DNA of 64,000 nt, taken from assembly GCA_037190965.1 (NCBI GenBank), contig JBBCKI010000010.1, positions 32,001 through 96,000 of the forward strand, in the 5' to 3' direction. This document shows positions 50,488 to 60,731 of this stretch, one piece after another. Position numbers and translations under genes: made by a program. Below the pieces are notes generated by a model. The model had not been told where the DNA came from. It did no database searches and saw only the letters and a program-made list of their open reading frames with translations. How positions within the stretch are numbered: the stretch's first letter is position 1; each line of letters starts with the position of its first letter. This stretch comes from Chthoniobacteraceae bacterium (GTDB lineage Bacteria; Verrucomicrobiota; Verrucomicrobiia; Chthoniobacterales; Chthoniobacteraceae).

Positions 50488-51570
50488 TTAGCTCATCGCG
50501 CCCTGCGCCTCGCGCAGTCGCACGGCGATGTCTTCCGTCTGGAGGGCTCCCACCATCTCGGCGATGTCACCCTCGACGAAGCGATCCAGATTGTAGAGCG
50601 TCAGCCCGATGCGGTGATCGGTCACGCGATTCTGGGGGAAGTTGTAGGTGCGGATTTTTTCCTCGCGCCCCCCGCCGCCGATGAGGCTCTTGCGATGCGC
50701 GGAATATTTTTCGGCCTCCTCCAGTTGCTTCTTTTCCAGAAGCCGCGAGCGAAGGATGTTGAGCGCCTTCTCCTTGTTCTTCTGCTGGCTGCGCCCGTCC
50801 TGACACCGGACAATCGTGCCGGTCGGAATGTGCATCACCTGAACGGCGGAGTCGGTTGTGTTGACCCCCTGGCCACCAGGGCCACCGGCGCGGCAGACTT
50901 CGATGCGGAGTTCGTCGGGCTTGAGTTCAAAATCGACCTCCTCTGCTTCCGGCAGCACTGCGACCGTGGCGGTGCTGGTGTGAATACGGCCTTGCGCCTC
51001 CGTTGCCGGAACGCGTTGGACGCGATGGACACCGCTCTCGTAGCGGAGCTTGCGGAAGACCTCGTTGCCCGAAACGCGGAAAATGACTTCGCGGAAACCG
51101 CCCAGCTCCGAAGAGCTTGATTCCATTGTTTCGATCTTGAGCCCGTTGACCTCCGCGTAGCGTGAATACATCCGGAAAAGATCGGCGGCAAAGAGGGCTG
51201 CCTCCGCGCCTCCCGTGCCCGCGCGAATTTCCACAATGGCGTCGCGGTCTTCGCCCGGCTCGGGCGGCAGGAGGGCGATTTGGATTTTGACCTCCAGTTC
51301 CTTGATCTGTTTCTCCAGGTCCGGAATCTCCGAAGCCGCCAGTTCGGCCATTTCGGCATCGTCGCCTTTGGCCAGTTCCTGGCTTTCGGCGAGATTGGAA
51401 GTTGCCCGCCCAAACGCCTCCCAGGCCGTCAGAAGCCCCTTGAGTTGCGAGTGCTCCCGCATGACTTCGCGGGCATGCTGGGGGTTGCCAAACACGCTGC
51501 CGTCGGCGATCTCCGCTTCGAGTTCGCGGAAACGTTCGGTCTTTTGTTCGATCAGCGGGGCAAAATCCAT
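50488..51570 (-). CDS. prfA: Peptide chain release factor 1
   Basis: PAT anticodon-mimic in RVPATEAQGR, GGQ, RTYNFPQNRVTDHR. Confidence 0.98.
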   Translation of the reverse strand: MDFAPLIEQKTERFRELEAEIADGSVFGNPQHAREVMREHSQLKGLLTAWEAFGRATSNLAESQELAKGDDAEMAELAASEIPDLEKQIKELEVKIQIALLPPEPGEDRDAIVEIRAGTGGAEAALFAADLFRMYSRYAEVNGLKIETMESSSSELGGFREVIFRVSGNEVFRKLRYESGVHRVQRVPATEAQGRIHTSTATVAVLPEAEEVDFELKPDELRIEVCRAGGPGGQGVNTTDSAVQVMHIPTGTIVRCQDGRSQQKNKEKALNILRSRLLEKKQLEEAEKYSAHRKSLIGGGGREEKIRTYNFPQNRVTDHRIGLTLYNLDRFVEGDIAEMVGALQTEDIAVRLREAQGAMS

Positions 51571-51612
51571 AAGGGTAAATCTAGCAGAAATGGGGAGGGA
51601 AAAACAGGACCC

Positions 51613-51651
51613 AAAAAAACGGTGACCCGCTTTGACAGCGTGTCACCGTTT
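51613..51651 (-). terminator. Intrinsic terminator after rpmE
   Basis: AAACGGTGAC/GTCACCGTTT stem ending in a T-run on the minus strand. Confidence 0.75.
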
Positions 51652-51671
51652 GCAAATTTGATGATTGGTAG

Positions 51672-51881
51672 CTACTTCCGACGGGCTGTGCCGTAGCGGC
51701 GGGCAAACTTCTCGATGCGGCCGGCGGTATCGACGAACTTCTGTTCCCCGGTGAAGAAAGGATGGCAGGAAGCGCAGATGCCGATCTTGATGTCGCGGCG
51801 GGTGGACCGAGTGCTATAGACCGTACCGCAGGCGCACGTAATCGAAGTCTCGTTGTAATTGGGATGAATGTTCTCTTTCAT
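51672..51881 (-). CDS. rpmE: 50S ribosomal protein L31, Zn-binding (C+) form
   Basis: MKENIHPNY...CACG...CASCHPFFTG...DTAGRIEKF. Confidence 0.97.
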   Translation of the reverse strand: MKENIHPNYNETSITCACGTVYSTRSTRRDIKIGICASCHPFFTGEQKFVDTAGRIEKFARRYGTARRK

Positions 51882-51957
51882 GACCGGAAAAGGGAAAGTG
51901 ACGATACTCTTAAACCTCTTCTCTGCAACCAAAAACTTTGCCATTTTAGAGCTTCCG

Positions 51958-53373
51958 ATGGATTTCACCCCTTCCGCTCTCTCTGATTTGTCTCCTGCCC
52001 CCGCGATCCTGAACGCCTGGGAGGAGACGGTCGCTCGTCTCGGTCCCGCCCCGGCCATTATCTCCAACCGGGGGGAAGTCCAGCGGACTTTTGACCAGAT
52101 CGAGTGCGAGGCCCGGGAGTGGGCCGCCGCCTTCGCCGGGATCGAGCCGGGGAGCGTCATCGGCCTTCAGCCCGGCAATCACCCGGAGTGGCCCGCCCTC
52201 TTCCTTGCCTGCCTGCGGAGTCGCCTTGTCGCGCTGCCTCTGGGGCGGCATATCGGCGAGGCCGAGCGGTCACTCGCCCTGGAGACCTGTTGCGCCTCCG
52301 CTCTGCTGGAGAGAGAGGGGGATCGGCTGCGGTTGGTCCGCCTGCCTCATGTTGCTCCTCAATGGCCGGAGCCCTCGCCCGACCTCCTGAAACTGACCTC
52401 CGGGACCACCTCCGCGCCGCGCGCCATCCGTTTCCGGCAAGCTCAGCTTTTGGAGGATTGCCTTCAGATTTGCGAGACCATGGGGATCGGGGAGGGGGAT
52501 CTCAACTATGCCGTCATCCCGCTTTCTCATTCCTACGGCTTCAGCAATCTCGTCACGCCTCTCCTTTGCCGGGGGGTGCCGATGGTCGTCAGTGAAGACC
52601 GGATGCCGCGCGCGATTTTAAGCGGTCTGGCCTGCACGAGGGCCACCGTTTTTCCCGGCATGCCGATCTTTTTTGACAAGTTCGCCTCCATGGAGAATAT
52701 CCCGCCGCTCCCAAGGCTGCGCCTGTGCATCTCCGCCGGAGCGCCGTTGACCCCTGAGGTGGGCGGGCGTTTTACGGCCCGGTTCGGGCTCAAGATCCAT
52801 ACGTTCTATGGCTCCAGCGAGTGCGGCGGGATCGCTTACGATGCCGGGGAGGGACGCGATTACCGGGAGGGCTTTGTCGGCCAGCCGATGTCGCGCGTAC
52901 GGATCGCTGCCGGCGAAGGCGAGACGATCGCCGTGGAAAGCGCTGCCGTCGGCGATGGCTACTGGCCTGCGGAGAGCGGGGATTGTTCTTTGTTGCCCGG
53001 ACGTTTCATCCCCGGAGATCTGGTCCGGCGCGAGCCGGGGGGGCTCTTTCTTGGGGGCCGCGTCTCCGACATGATCAACATTGCGGGCCGCAAGCTCAAC
53101 CCTCGCGAGGTGGAGGCGCAGTTACTCCGTTTCCCCGGGGTGCGTGAAGCCGTGGTTTTCGGTGTTCCCTCGCCCTTGCGGCATGAGGAGGCGGTGGCCT
53201 GCGTCGCCGGGGAGGTGGCCGAGCGCGAGCTTCTTCAATTTGCCCGCGCGACTCTGAGCGGCTGGCAAACCCCTAAGGCGATCTGGGTCGTCCCTGAGAT
53301 CCCCCGCAGCGAGCGCGGGAAAATCAATCGGCGTGATCTTGCGAAGAAGTACGCCGAAGGGAATGCAAGGTAG
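51958..53373 (+). CDS. Class I adenylate-forming enzyme (acyl-CoA ligase family)
   Basis: LTSGTTSAPR, YGSSECG, GD, GRVSDMINIAGRK, RSERGK; its stop codon lies in the REP GGTAG. Confidence 0.9.
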   Translation: MDFTPSALSDLSPAPAILNAWEETVARLGPAPAIISNRGEVQRTFDQIECEAREWAAAFAGIEPGSVIGLQPGNHPEWPALFLACLRSRLVALPLGRHIGEAERSLALETCCASALLEREGDRLRLVRLPHVAPQWPEPSPDLLKLTSGTTSAPRAIRFRQAQLLEDCLQICETMGIGEGDLNYAVIPLSHSYGFSNLVTPLLCRGVPMVVSEDRMPRAILSGLACTRATVFPGMPIFFDKFASMENIPPLPRLRLCISAGAPLTPEVGGRFTARFGLKIHTFYGSSECGGIAYDAGEGRDYREGFVGQPMSRVRIAAGEGETIAVESAAVGDGYWPAESGDCSLLPGRFIPGDLVRREPGGLFLGGRVSDMINIAGRKLNPREVEAQLLRFPGVREAVVFGVPSPLRHEEAVACVAGEVAERELLQFARATLSGWQTPKAIWVVPEIPRSERGKINRRDLAKKYAEGNAR

Positions 53374-53514
53374 TCCGCTCTCGCCGAGAGCGCGGGAGAT
53401 GACGGGGATGCTTATTTGACGTCCATCCCCGGAGGGCGGGCTGGTTCTGTTGGGATGCGCTTCAAAAGAGACGCGGGAGCCGATACCCGCGCTCGGCGGC
53501 GCGAGCGGGCTACC
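53369..53514 (+). repeat. REPIN-like REP doublet, copy I (no tail), fills the whole gap between convergent genes
   Basis: GGTAGTCCGCTCTCGCCGAGAGCGCGGG ... CCCGCGCTCGGCGGCGCGAGCGGGCTACC. Confidence 0.9.
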
Positions 53515-54569
53515 TAGATCCCAGCCGACGCTGCGGGTGCATCGGGCGGGGTCTGCTTCTCCTTTAAATCCAGCGCGGCGCGGACTTCCTCCACCAGCTT
53601 TGCTACGAGATGCCGATGGGCGCGCTCGAATAGAAAGACCTCTTTGAGACGGCGGTCTACCGAGTAGAGCACGAGGTTTTCGCTCAGGAACTTTGATTCG
53701 TGAGTCGTTTTGCAGCCGTTAAGCTCGAGGGTTTGCGCCGTTGTGCGGAACCAACCCTTGCCGACGAAGTGGAGGCGGTCCGGTTCGTTCTCCAGCGCGA
53801 CCAGATAGCCCGAGGCATTCGATTTGAGCCGCTTGGAGCCCGAGGCGACGCACGGTGCCGCCCATCGGATGGCAGGGCTGGCCGAGCCCTTGATCGAGTG
53901 AAGCAGGATGTCGGCATCGGCCGGGATGGTTTTCGGGAAGTCTGCCAAGGGTTGTGTTGCTCCGGCAGGGGCACTGAGCTTCCGCCAGGCCAGCCATGCC
54001 TTGGTTCGGACCGATCGCGCGATTTTGGGGCCAAAGTAGAGAATGGCCGCGACCAGTAGGATGACGATGCAGAGCGCCAGTACGGGATTCGTCTGCAGGA
54101 GGACGAGCCCGCCCAGAACGGCGACATCTTCCCCCACGCTCAAGGCGATGTTCGAGAACGGCTCCGGGGAGCTGTTGGCGACGAGCCGCGCGCCCGCCTT
54201 CAGGCTGTGGGTGGAAAAGGCAACGCCGCCGGCAAGAAGGGCAATGGTGACATCGAACGCAGGGTTGACGCTTCCCAATGCCTTGACGGCCAGAAACGCG
54301 CCGCCTACCGGGCGGATGACGCTATGGACAAGATCCCAGAGCGAATCGACCCACGGTACCTTGTCCGCAAAAAATTGGAGGCAGTAGAGGACTCCGGCGA
54401 TCAGGATGATCACGGGGCTCCCGAGGATCTGGAGTTCCGCGTACTGTGGCGCGAGGGCGATCCATTGCTGTTGAATGGCCAGCCCGGCGACGAAAACGGT
54501 GAGGTAAAGATTGATCCCCGCCAGCGCGCCGAGCCCCAGGGCGGTACCGAGCAGTTGCAAGGTTTCCAT
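53514..54569 (-). CDS. DUF4126 membrane protein with soluble C-terminal domain
   Basis: LAGINLY, FADKVPWVDSLWD, SPEPFSNIALSVGED. Confidence 0.88.
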   Translation of the reverse strand: METLQLLGTALGLGALAGINLYLTVFVAGLAIQQQWIALAPQYAELQILGSPVIILIAGVLYCLQFFADKVPWVDSLWDLVHSVIRPVGGAFLAVKALGSVNPAFDVTIALLAGGVAFSTHSLKAGARLVANSSPEPFSNIALSVGEDVAVLGGLVLLQTNPVLALCIVILLVAAILYFGPKIARSVRTKAWLAWRKLSAPAGATQPLADFPKTIPADADILLHSIKGSASPAIRWAAPCVASGSKRLKSNASGYLVALENEPDRLHFVGKGWFRTTAQTLELNGCKTTHESKFLSENLVLYSVDRRLKEVFLFERAHRHLVAKLVEEVRAALDLKEKQTPPDAPAASAGI

Positions 54570-54649
54570 AAGCGCTCATATAGCACGGATTCGGACCCGT
54601 GGGCTATGAAATCTTCGCGGGCTGCCTACCGGACGCGGGGGACGATCGG

Positions 54650-57600
54650 TCAGTTGACGAAAATTGGGTCCCGCTCGTGTTTTTCGAACCGCTTCAAGTC
54701 TTTGAGCGCGGCGTCCGCCTTCTCCGGGCAAAGGGCGAGATAGCAGTGGTAACGGCGTGAGAGGAAATCTCTGTCCCATGGGATATGGGGCTCCAGCCCT
54801 TCGATGGCATTGAGGGTGAAAAGGGTGAATTTTTCTCCATCCAGCACCTGTGCGGTGCGGACGAGCGCCATTAGCCGCTTTTCATTGCTGACACAGACCG
54901 AGAAGGGAGCTTTTAGCGCCTCATGAAGCCGGATGGCGAGGGGCCTGTTCCCGTCGATGCGCGCAAGCTCCACGGCCACGTCGAAGGAGCGCCCGAGGAC
55001 CGGAGGGTGTACCCAAGGATCCGTTCGGCAACCGATGAAGCCCGCCTCCAGCGCGTCGGCGGCTTCGTTCATGCGGCCCTGCCGCAATCGAAGCCTCCCG
55101 AGAAGCAGCGCGGCTTCGGTGGGGTGGGTGACTTTCAGTTTGTTGAGGTAGGGGAGCGCCTGTTCGTCGCCTTCGTCGGCGAGCAGTTCGGCCACCATGG
55201 CTACTTCGGTGATATCCTCCGGTTCGAAGACTTCGGCGCGCCATGTTTGCAGCGCCAGTTGTGGTCTTCCTTGCAGGTAATAGCTCAAAGCCTGGGCCCG
55301 TTCGCGTTGGGGCTCGGAGAGGTGGGCGCCGACAGTCGGCGTGACTTCGAAGCCGACCATCATTGAGAGGCGGCGGGTCTCCACTGTGTTCCAGTCGATC
55401 TCTCCGTCAACCAGAGAAGGCCGGGCTTGGCTCTGGCTTTTCGCAAGATCGCGGAGAGAGGCGAGGCTAAAGCCATTGAGTTTCCCGGTGCCGACGCTGC
55501 GGGCGAAGGCAAACTCCAGGTGATTGCAATTGTCAGTATTGAGCCCGCCGCGATGCTTCCGCGCGAGGGTGTCGGCAAAGGCGGTGTTGGCGACATAGTG
55601 AGCCATCAGCCCTTCGAGGTCGGTGACTCGCCATGCCCAGGCCAGAGCGCTCCGGTAGGGTTCCTGGGTAATCCGGGCGCGTAACTCCGGCAGGCGGTAT
55701 GACGGGGGAGCCTTGGAGGCAATGAAGAGCATGTCGCCATTGTTCGTCTGCCAGGTTTCCACGTTCGGGAAGACGGAGTGCAGAGTGGCATAGATGGTTT
55801 GCACGGCTTTCGCGTCGATATCATAAGCCTGCACCCATTGGATGAAGCTGCCATCGTTGCGCAATCGTTGGGATACCGCTTTGTAAAATTCGGCCGTGAA
55901 CAGGCTGGAGATTCCCGCGCGGTAAGGATTCGAGGGCTCGGAAAAGATGATGTCGTAACGTCGTGGCGAGGTAAGGAGCAGTTCGCGGGCGTCCCCAATT
56001 TGCACGTGCACCTTGCGGTTTCCAAGGGCGTTCTGATTGACCGGGGCGCAGAGTTCAGCGACCCGTTCGACGACGGGTTCCAGTTCCATCACGTCCACCC
56101 TTTCCATTCCGGGAATGACGCCCAGCCACCCGGCGGTGGAGCCTGTTCCGAGGCCGATCACCAGGGACTCCTTCGGGTTCGGGTGCAGAAGCGCGCCGAG
56201 AAGGCCGCTCATGATCTGGGTGCTCGCGTCGGCCCGGGAATTGCCGTCTGCTTTGCCGTTGATGAGGAACGTGACGGCGGATTGAGTGGTGATGCCGACG
56301 CAGCTTTCGATCCCGTCTCTCTCCAGAAGAAGGTTGCGGCGTGTCTGGTTGAACCAGTCGTGCAGATTGTTGCGGGTCATGCTGGCCGGGACGGGCAGGA
56401 TACCGGCTCCGATCGGCAATTGCCGCCAGACTGCCGTGGGCCCGGTTGCAAAGAGCAGCGGCAGAGTGGCCAGCGCGATGGCAACCGGTTGCGGGATGGG
56501 CCAGAGGGGGCGTTCCAGCTTCCAGGAAAAAACGGCGAGGCATAGGCTTAGCGCGAGCAGCAAAACGATCACGAGGATCCACGCGCCGGGGGCGGACAAA
56601 AGGGGCAGCAGACCGAAGCCTCCGGCCAGCGCACCGAGAATGGCTCCCAGCGTGTTCGATGCATAACCCAGGCCGGTGTGGCGGCCGACGTTTTTGTGAC
56701 CCTGCCCCAGCAGGGCGATGAGCAGTGGAAATTGAAAGCCCGAGACGATGGCTGCGGGAAGCACGAGCAGCAGGGTGACGACGGCCCAGGCGGCGATTCG
56801 CCCTGCAAATCCAAAGACACCCAGCGGTTGCAACAAAAGGGCGAGGAGGGCCAGACGATCTCCAAGCGCATAGGGAATGGCCAGCAGGACGCCTTCCAGG
56901 GCAAAGGTAAGGGCCAGATGGTGGAGGGAAGGGGGGCGGTTTCGCTTGAATGCCGCATAGGCGATTCCCCCAACCCCAATTCCCAGCAGAGCGATGGAGA
57001 GGATTAATCCAAACGTGAAAGTTGACCCTCCAAGCAGCGGGCCAAGCATGCGATACCAAACTAGTTCCATGAGCAGGAATGCAAAGCCCGCTGCCGCCGA
57101 AGCGACCAGAATCAGCGGCGAGGGGATTGCCTTTTCGGAGCCCGGAACGAGTCCGACGCCCGGTTGGGGACCTGAACGATGCTTCTGCTGGCGCGCTTCC
57201 GGCGCAAACATGGCTTGGTTTGACAAGGTCAGCGCGGCAAGACCGGCGAAGGCGTTTAATAGACAACCCAGCCAGAGAGTGAGCCGGTTCCCCAAGAGTT
57301 CGAGGAGAAAAAAAGTTGAGAGTGCGACGCCAAGAACGGCGCCGAGAGTGTTCATCCCATAGAGTAAGGCCAGATGCCGTCTTCCCTGATCTGTGTCGGT
57401 CTCAATTGCTCGGGCTGCGGCAGGAAGAGTCCCGCCCATCAGGAAGGTGGGCGCCCCCATGACAACCATCGCCAGGGCCGCACGCAGAAGCATGCCAAAT
57501 CCCGGTCCCACGGTAGTCGTGCTGCAGATGGTGATGTAGAGATGCTCCGCTCCCCAGAGAAGCGCGGGGGTCGATATTGTGGTCCCGGCGATGATCAGTT

Positions 57601-57829
57601 CAATCTTTCCGTAAAAGCGAAGGGGGCGTGCCTTTCTATCGACTTTTCTTCCGAGGATGAGGCTTCCCGCTCCCAACCCGCCCATGAAAATGGCTAAAAC
57701 CGCCGCTGAGGCCGCCGTGGAACTTCCGAAGATAAGCCTGAACTCTCTGAGCCAGACGGTTTGATAAATAAGGGCACAAAATCCTGTCAGGAATAGGAGA
57801 AATGCGACGGAGAGTAACCGGATGTTCAT
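54650..57829 (-). CDS. Fused multi-TM (MFS-like) / spermidine-synthase-like protein with TPR-like tail
   Basis: Duplicated TM halves (LYGMNTLGA / GYASNTLGA), INGKADG, LVIGLGTGST, ELEP, GDAR, DIIFSEPSNP. Confidence 0.85.
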   Translation of the reverse strand: MNIRLLSVAFLLFLTGFCALIYQTVWLREFRLIFGSSTAASAAVLAIFMGGLGAGSLILGRKVDRKARPLRFYGKIELIIAGTTISTPALLWGAEHLYITICSTTTVGPGFGMLLRAALAMVVMGAPTFLMGGTLPAAARAIETDTDQGRRHLALLYGMNTLGAVLGVALSTFFLLELLGNRLTLWLGCLLNAFAGLAALTLSNQAMFAPEARQQKHRSGPQPGVGLVPGSEKAIPSPLILVASAAAGFAFLLMELVWYRMLGPLLGGSTFTFGLILSIALLGIGVGGIAYAAFKRNRPPSLHHLALTFALEGVLLAIPYALGDRLALLALLLQPLGVFGFAGRIAAWAVVTLLLVLPAAIVSGFQFPLLIALLGQGHKNVGRHTGLGYASNTLGAILGALAGGFGLLPLLSAPGAWILVIVLLLALSLCLAVFSWKLERPLWPIPQPVAIALATLPLLFATGPTAVWRQLPIGAGILPVPASMTRNNLHDWFNQTRRNLLLERDGIESCVGITTQSAVTFLINGKADGNSRADASTQIMSGLLGALLHPNPKESLVIGLGTGSTAGWLGVIPGMERVDVMELEPVVERVAELCAPVNQNALGNRKVHVQIGDARELLLTSPRRYDIIFSEPSNPYRAGISSLFTAEFYKAVSQRLRNDGSFIQWVQAYDIDAKAVQTIYATLHSVFPNVETWQTNNGDMLFIASKAPPSYRLPELRARITQEPYRSALAWAWRVTDLEGLMAHYVANTAFADTLARKHRGGLNTDNCNHLEFAFARSVGTGKLNGFSLASLRDLAKSQSQARPSLVDGEIDWNTVETRRLSMMVGFEVTPTVGAHLSEPQRERAQALSYYLQGRPQLALQTWRAEVFEPEDITEVAMVAELLADEGDEQALPYLNKLKVTHPTEAALLLGRLRLRQGRMNEAADALEAGFIGCRTDPWVHPPVLGRSFDVAVELARIDGNRPLAIRLHEALKAPFSVCVSNEKRLMALVRTAQVLDGEKFTLFTLNAIEGLEPHIPWDRDFLSRRYHCYLALCPEKADAALKDLKRFEKHERDPIFVN

Positions 57830-58067
57830 GGAAATGGGGCTCGTACATAGGTTAGTCAACGTTCAAAGCTTGCGATCGCCAAGCCCAAGTCATTAGGGGA
57901 TCGGCTCGTTGAGTTGATGGGGGGATGCATTAGGGGCCCTGAATGATTTTGGTGCTTTCGTTAATGGATTCCCTATCGGGTTGGTCGGGTTGATAGATGC
58001 CGAGATTTCCGCCAAAAAGACCTCTCAAAACCGACAGTTTGGCATCGAGAGGAAAAATTTTAGGCTT

Positions 58068-60164
58068 ATGGAAATGAATTTTAAGAAAATGATGAGGTCA
58101 GCAACTGCTGTTGCGCTGGCGATGATGACCGTCCAAGCGATGGGCGCGGAGCGGACATGGGATGGATCGCAGAATGCAAACTGGGACCAAAAGAAAAACT
58201 GGAGCAATGATTCGCAACCCGGAGCCGCTGACACGGCACTATTTGCCGCTGTCGGATCGGCTAGTCAGCCTAGTATAAACAGTAGCGCCACCATCGGCGG
58301 GCTTGTTTTTACCGGAACCGGCGGCTGGACTCTCAGCGGGGGAAGCACTCTCACGATTAATTCCAGCGGCATCGAGAGTACGGCGACCGGCTCCAACACC
58401 ATCAGTGCAGCGGTAGCTTTGGGTGCGGCTCAAACCTGGGCGATCAGTTCGGGTACATTGACTGTCAGCGGCGGGGTCAGCGGTGCCAATGCGCTCACGA
58501 AGAGTGGCGCGGGTCTTCTCGTCATGACTGGCGCTAAAGCCTATACTGGCGCGACCACGATCAGCGGAGGCGTTTTCAGCATCAATACTTTGGCTAACGG
58601 CGGTAGCAGCAGTTCCATTGGGGCCTCGGGGACGAATGCCTCGAACCTCGTCTTCAACGGCGGAACGCTTCGCTATACCGGAGCTGCGGGATCGACCAAC
58701 CGCTCCTTTACCCTAAACACGGCCGGCGGCACCATTGAGGCGAACGGCACGGGCGCAGTGACGTTCGGCAATACAGCCGAGATCGGCTACGGCGGGTCGG
58801 GCACGCGTCAACTGACATTGAGCGGCACTTCACTGGCGGCCAATACCATGACGTCGGTTATCGGCGATGGATCGGGCGGGACGACTAGTCTTGTTAAAAA
58901 CGGGACGGGGACCTGGGTGCTGGGAGGAGCCAATACCTTCACTGGGGGCGCTACCGTGGAATCGGGCACGCTCCAATTCGGCTCGGCTAACCGGTTGAGT
59001 GCGACGGGGGCCATCACAGTCAACGGGGGTGTCTTGAACATCAGTAACGGCCAGACGACCTCGGGCAATGTGGTGTTCAACGGCGGAACGGTGACCAGCG
59101 GCACGTTGACAAAAAATAACGGCAGCTTTGATGCGCGTTCCGGCACGGCCGCTTCCATTCTCTCCGGGAGTGCAGGACTGACCAAAACGACGAGCGGCAC
59201 GATGACGTTGAGCGCGGCAAATACCTATAGCGGTGGCACCACAGTGGAGGCCGGAGTTCTCCTCTTTGCGGTCGGGGCCAACCGGTTGAGCACGAGCGGG
59301 GATATTACCATCAACGGCGGCACGTTGAACCTCGGCGGCTTTACCCAGACCACCACTGGAAACGTGACGATTGCGGGAGGGGTTGTGACCAACGGAACCT
59401 TGACCAAGACGGGAGGCAGTCACACGGTGCAATCCGGAACGATCAACGCCACTATGGCGGGAAGCGCGGGGCTGGAAAAAACGTCAGCCTCAATATTGAC
59501 CCTTAGCGGTAGCCACACTTACACCGGCGCGACGAAGGTGAGCGCAGGCACGTTTTTGGTCAACGGTAACATCGCCAGCAGCAGCGGTGTGGAGGTGCTC
59601 TCCGGAGCAACCTTTGGCGGCAGCGGCATCGTTTCCAAAATCTCCGGCGCGGGAACGGTGGCTCCCGGCAATAGCCCGGGAATTCTGACGTCGGGATCCG
59701 TGGACGGCTCGGGAGGGCTCGATTTTAATTTCGAGTTCACCAACGCGGCGATAGCCGGACTTAGCCAACCCATTTTCGGGAACGCGACAGCGAGTGGCAA
59801 CGATGTCCTTCGCCTTACCGGCGCTACTCCGTTCACCATGGCGCTTGACGCATCCAACGTGATTACGCTGGATTTCAGCGCGGTAACGTTGACTCTTGGA
59901 GATCGCTTTCAGGGAGGTTTCTACACCGACGCAGGCGATTTCCTGAACGACATCAACGCTGCGACATTCAACTATGTTGGAGCGGGTGCGTATACCATGA
60001 CGGTCGCCATGGTTCAGGTCTCCACGGACTTTGGAGATGGAGTCGTTAACGGGTATGTCACCGAGTTCACGGTGGTTCCCGAACCGGCGACAATGCTTCT
60101 CTTCGGCCTTTCCTTGGGCGGCCTGGCGATCGCCAACCGGCGCAAGAAGATGGCAAAAGCCTAG
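58068..60164 (+). CDS. Autotransporter-associated beta-strand repeat PEP-CTERM protein
   Basis: Repeated L(T/V/E)KxxxGxxxLxGxxT(Y/F)TGxTx(V/I)xxG; APGNSPG; C-terminal VPEP + TM helix + RRKK. Confidence 0.9.
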   Translation: MEMNFKKMMRSATAVALAMMTVQAMGAERTWDGSQNANWDQKKNWSNDSQPGAADTALFAAVGSASQPSINSSATIGGLVFTGTGGWTLSGGSTLTINSSGIESTATGSNTISAAVALGAAQTWAISSGTLTVSGGVSGANALTKSGAGLLVMTGAKAYTGATTISGGVFSINTLANGGSSSSIGASGTNASNLVFNGGTLRYTGAAGSTNRSFTLNTAGGTIEANGTGAVTFGNTAEIGYGGSGTRQLTLSGTSLAANTMTSVIGDGSGGTTSLVKNGTGTWVLGGANTFTGGATVESGTLQFGSANRLSATGAITVNGGVLNISNGQTTSGNVVFNGGTVTSGTLTKNNGSFDARSGTAASILSGSAGLTKTTSGTMTLSAANTYSGGTTVEAGVLLFAVGANRLSTSGDITINGGTLNLGGFTQTTTGNVTIAGGVVTNGTLTKTGGSHTVQSGTINATMAGSAGLEKTSASILTLSGSHTYTGATKVSAGTFLVNGNIASSSGVEVLSGATFGGSGIVSKISGAGTVAPGNSPGILTSGSVDGSGGLDFNFEFTNAAIAGLSQPIFGNATASGNDVLRLTGATPFTMALDASNVITLDFSAVTLTLGDRFQGGFYTDAGDFLNDINAATFNYVGAGAYTMTVAMVQVSTDFGDGVVNGYVTEFTVVPEPATMLLFGLSLGGLAIANRRKKMAKA

Positions 60165-60194
60165 GCAAGCTTCATAGCGTTAAGTCCCCCCCGG

Positions 60195-60225
60195 CCGGGC
60201 GTTCCATTGGAACGCCCGGTTTTTT
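60195..60225 (+). terminator. Intrinsic terminator
   Basis: CCGGGCGTTCC-ATT-GGAACGCCCGG-TTTTTT. Confidence 0.9.
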
Positions 60226-60287
60226 GCGTGAGGAAGCTGGCCTTTATCTGGGGATCCGGAGCTCCGAGCGTTTCGGCGTCTCGATTT

Positions 60288-60659
60288 TTACCGCCGGCTG
60301 GCAGGAGTAACCGCGTGATTTTCCATGAATTCCTTCAACACCACGGCCTCGTTGTGCGTCTCGTCTTTTGCGCCATAGAGCAGGGTCAGCCGCCCCTTGT
60401 GCGCAAGAGCCGCGAGTTGCTCGACGGCCTCGTGGTTTTTCGAGAGTTCCCGGCGATAACGCCGCTGGAATTCGGCCCATCGATCGGGATCGTGCCCAAA
60501 CCACTTCCGAAGCTCCGAGCTGGGGGCGACGTCTTTGAGCCAAAGATCGAGCTGGGCCTCCACTTTGGACACTCCTCGCGGCCAGAGTCTGTCGACAAGA
60601 ACACGGGTTCCGTCCGATTTTTCAGCCGCCTCGTAGATTCGTTTGAGTTTGATTTCCAT
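60288..60659 (-). CDS. DUF488 (YeaO-like) protein
   Basis: RVLVDRLWPRGVSK, WLKDVAPSSELRKWF, HNEA. Confidence 0.92.
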   Translation of the reverse strand: MEIKLKRIYEAAEKSDGTRVLVDRLWPRGVSKVEAQLDLWLKDVAPSSELRKWFGHDPDRWAEFQRRYRRELSKNHEAVEQLAALAHKGRLTLLYGAKDETHNEAVVLKEFMENHAVTPASRR

Positions 60660-60731
60660 GGCTCTGAGACTGCAGGGGGACGACGATGAGGTATCGCCTT
60701 TCGCCGACAGGGCGGCGGTGCGTGGCTCAAT

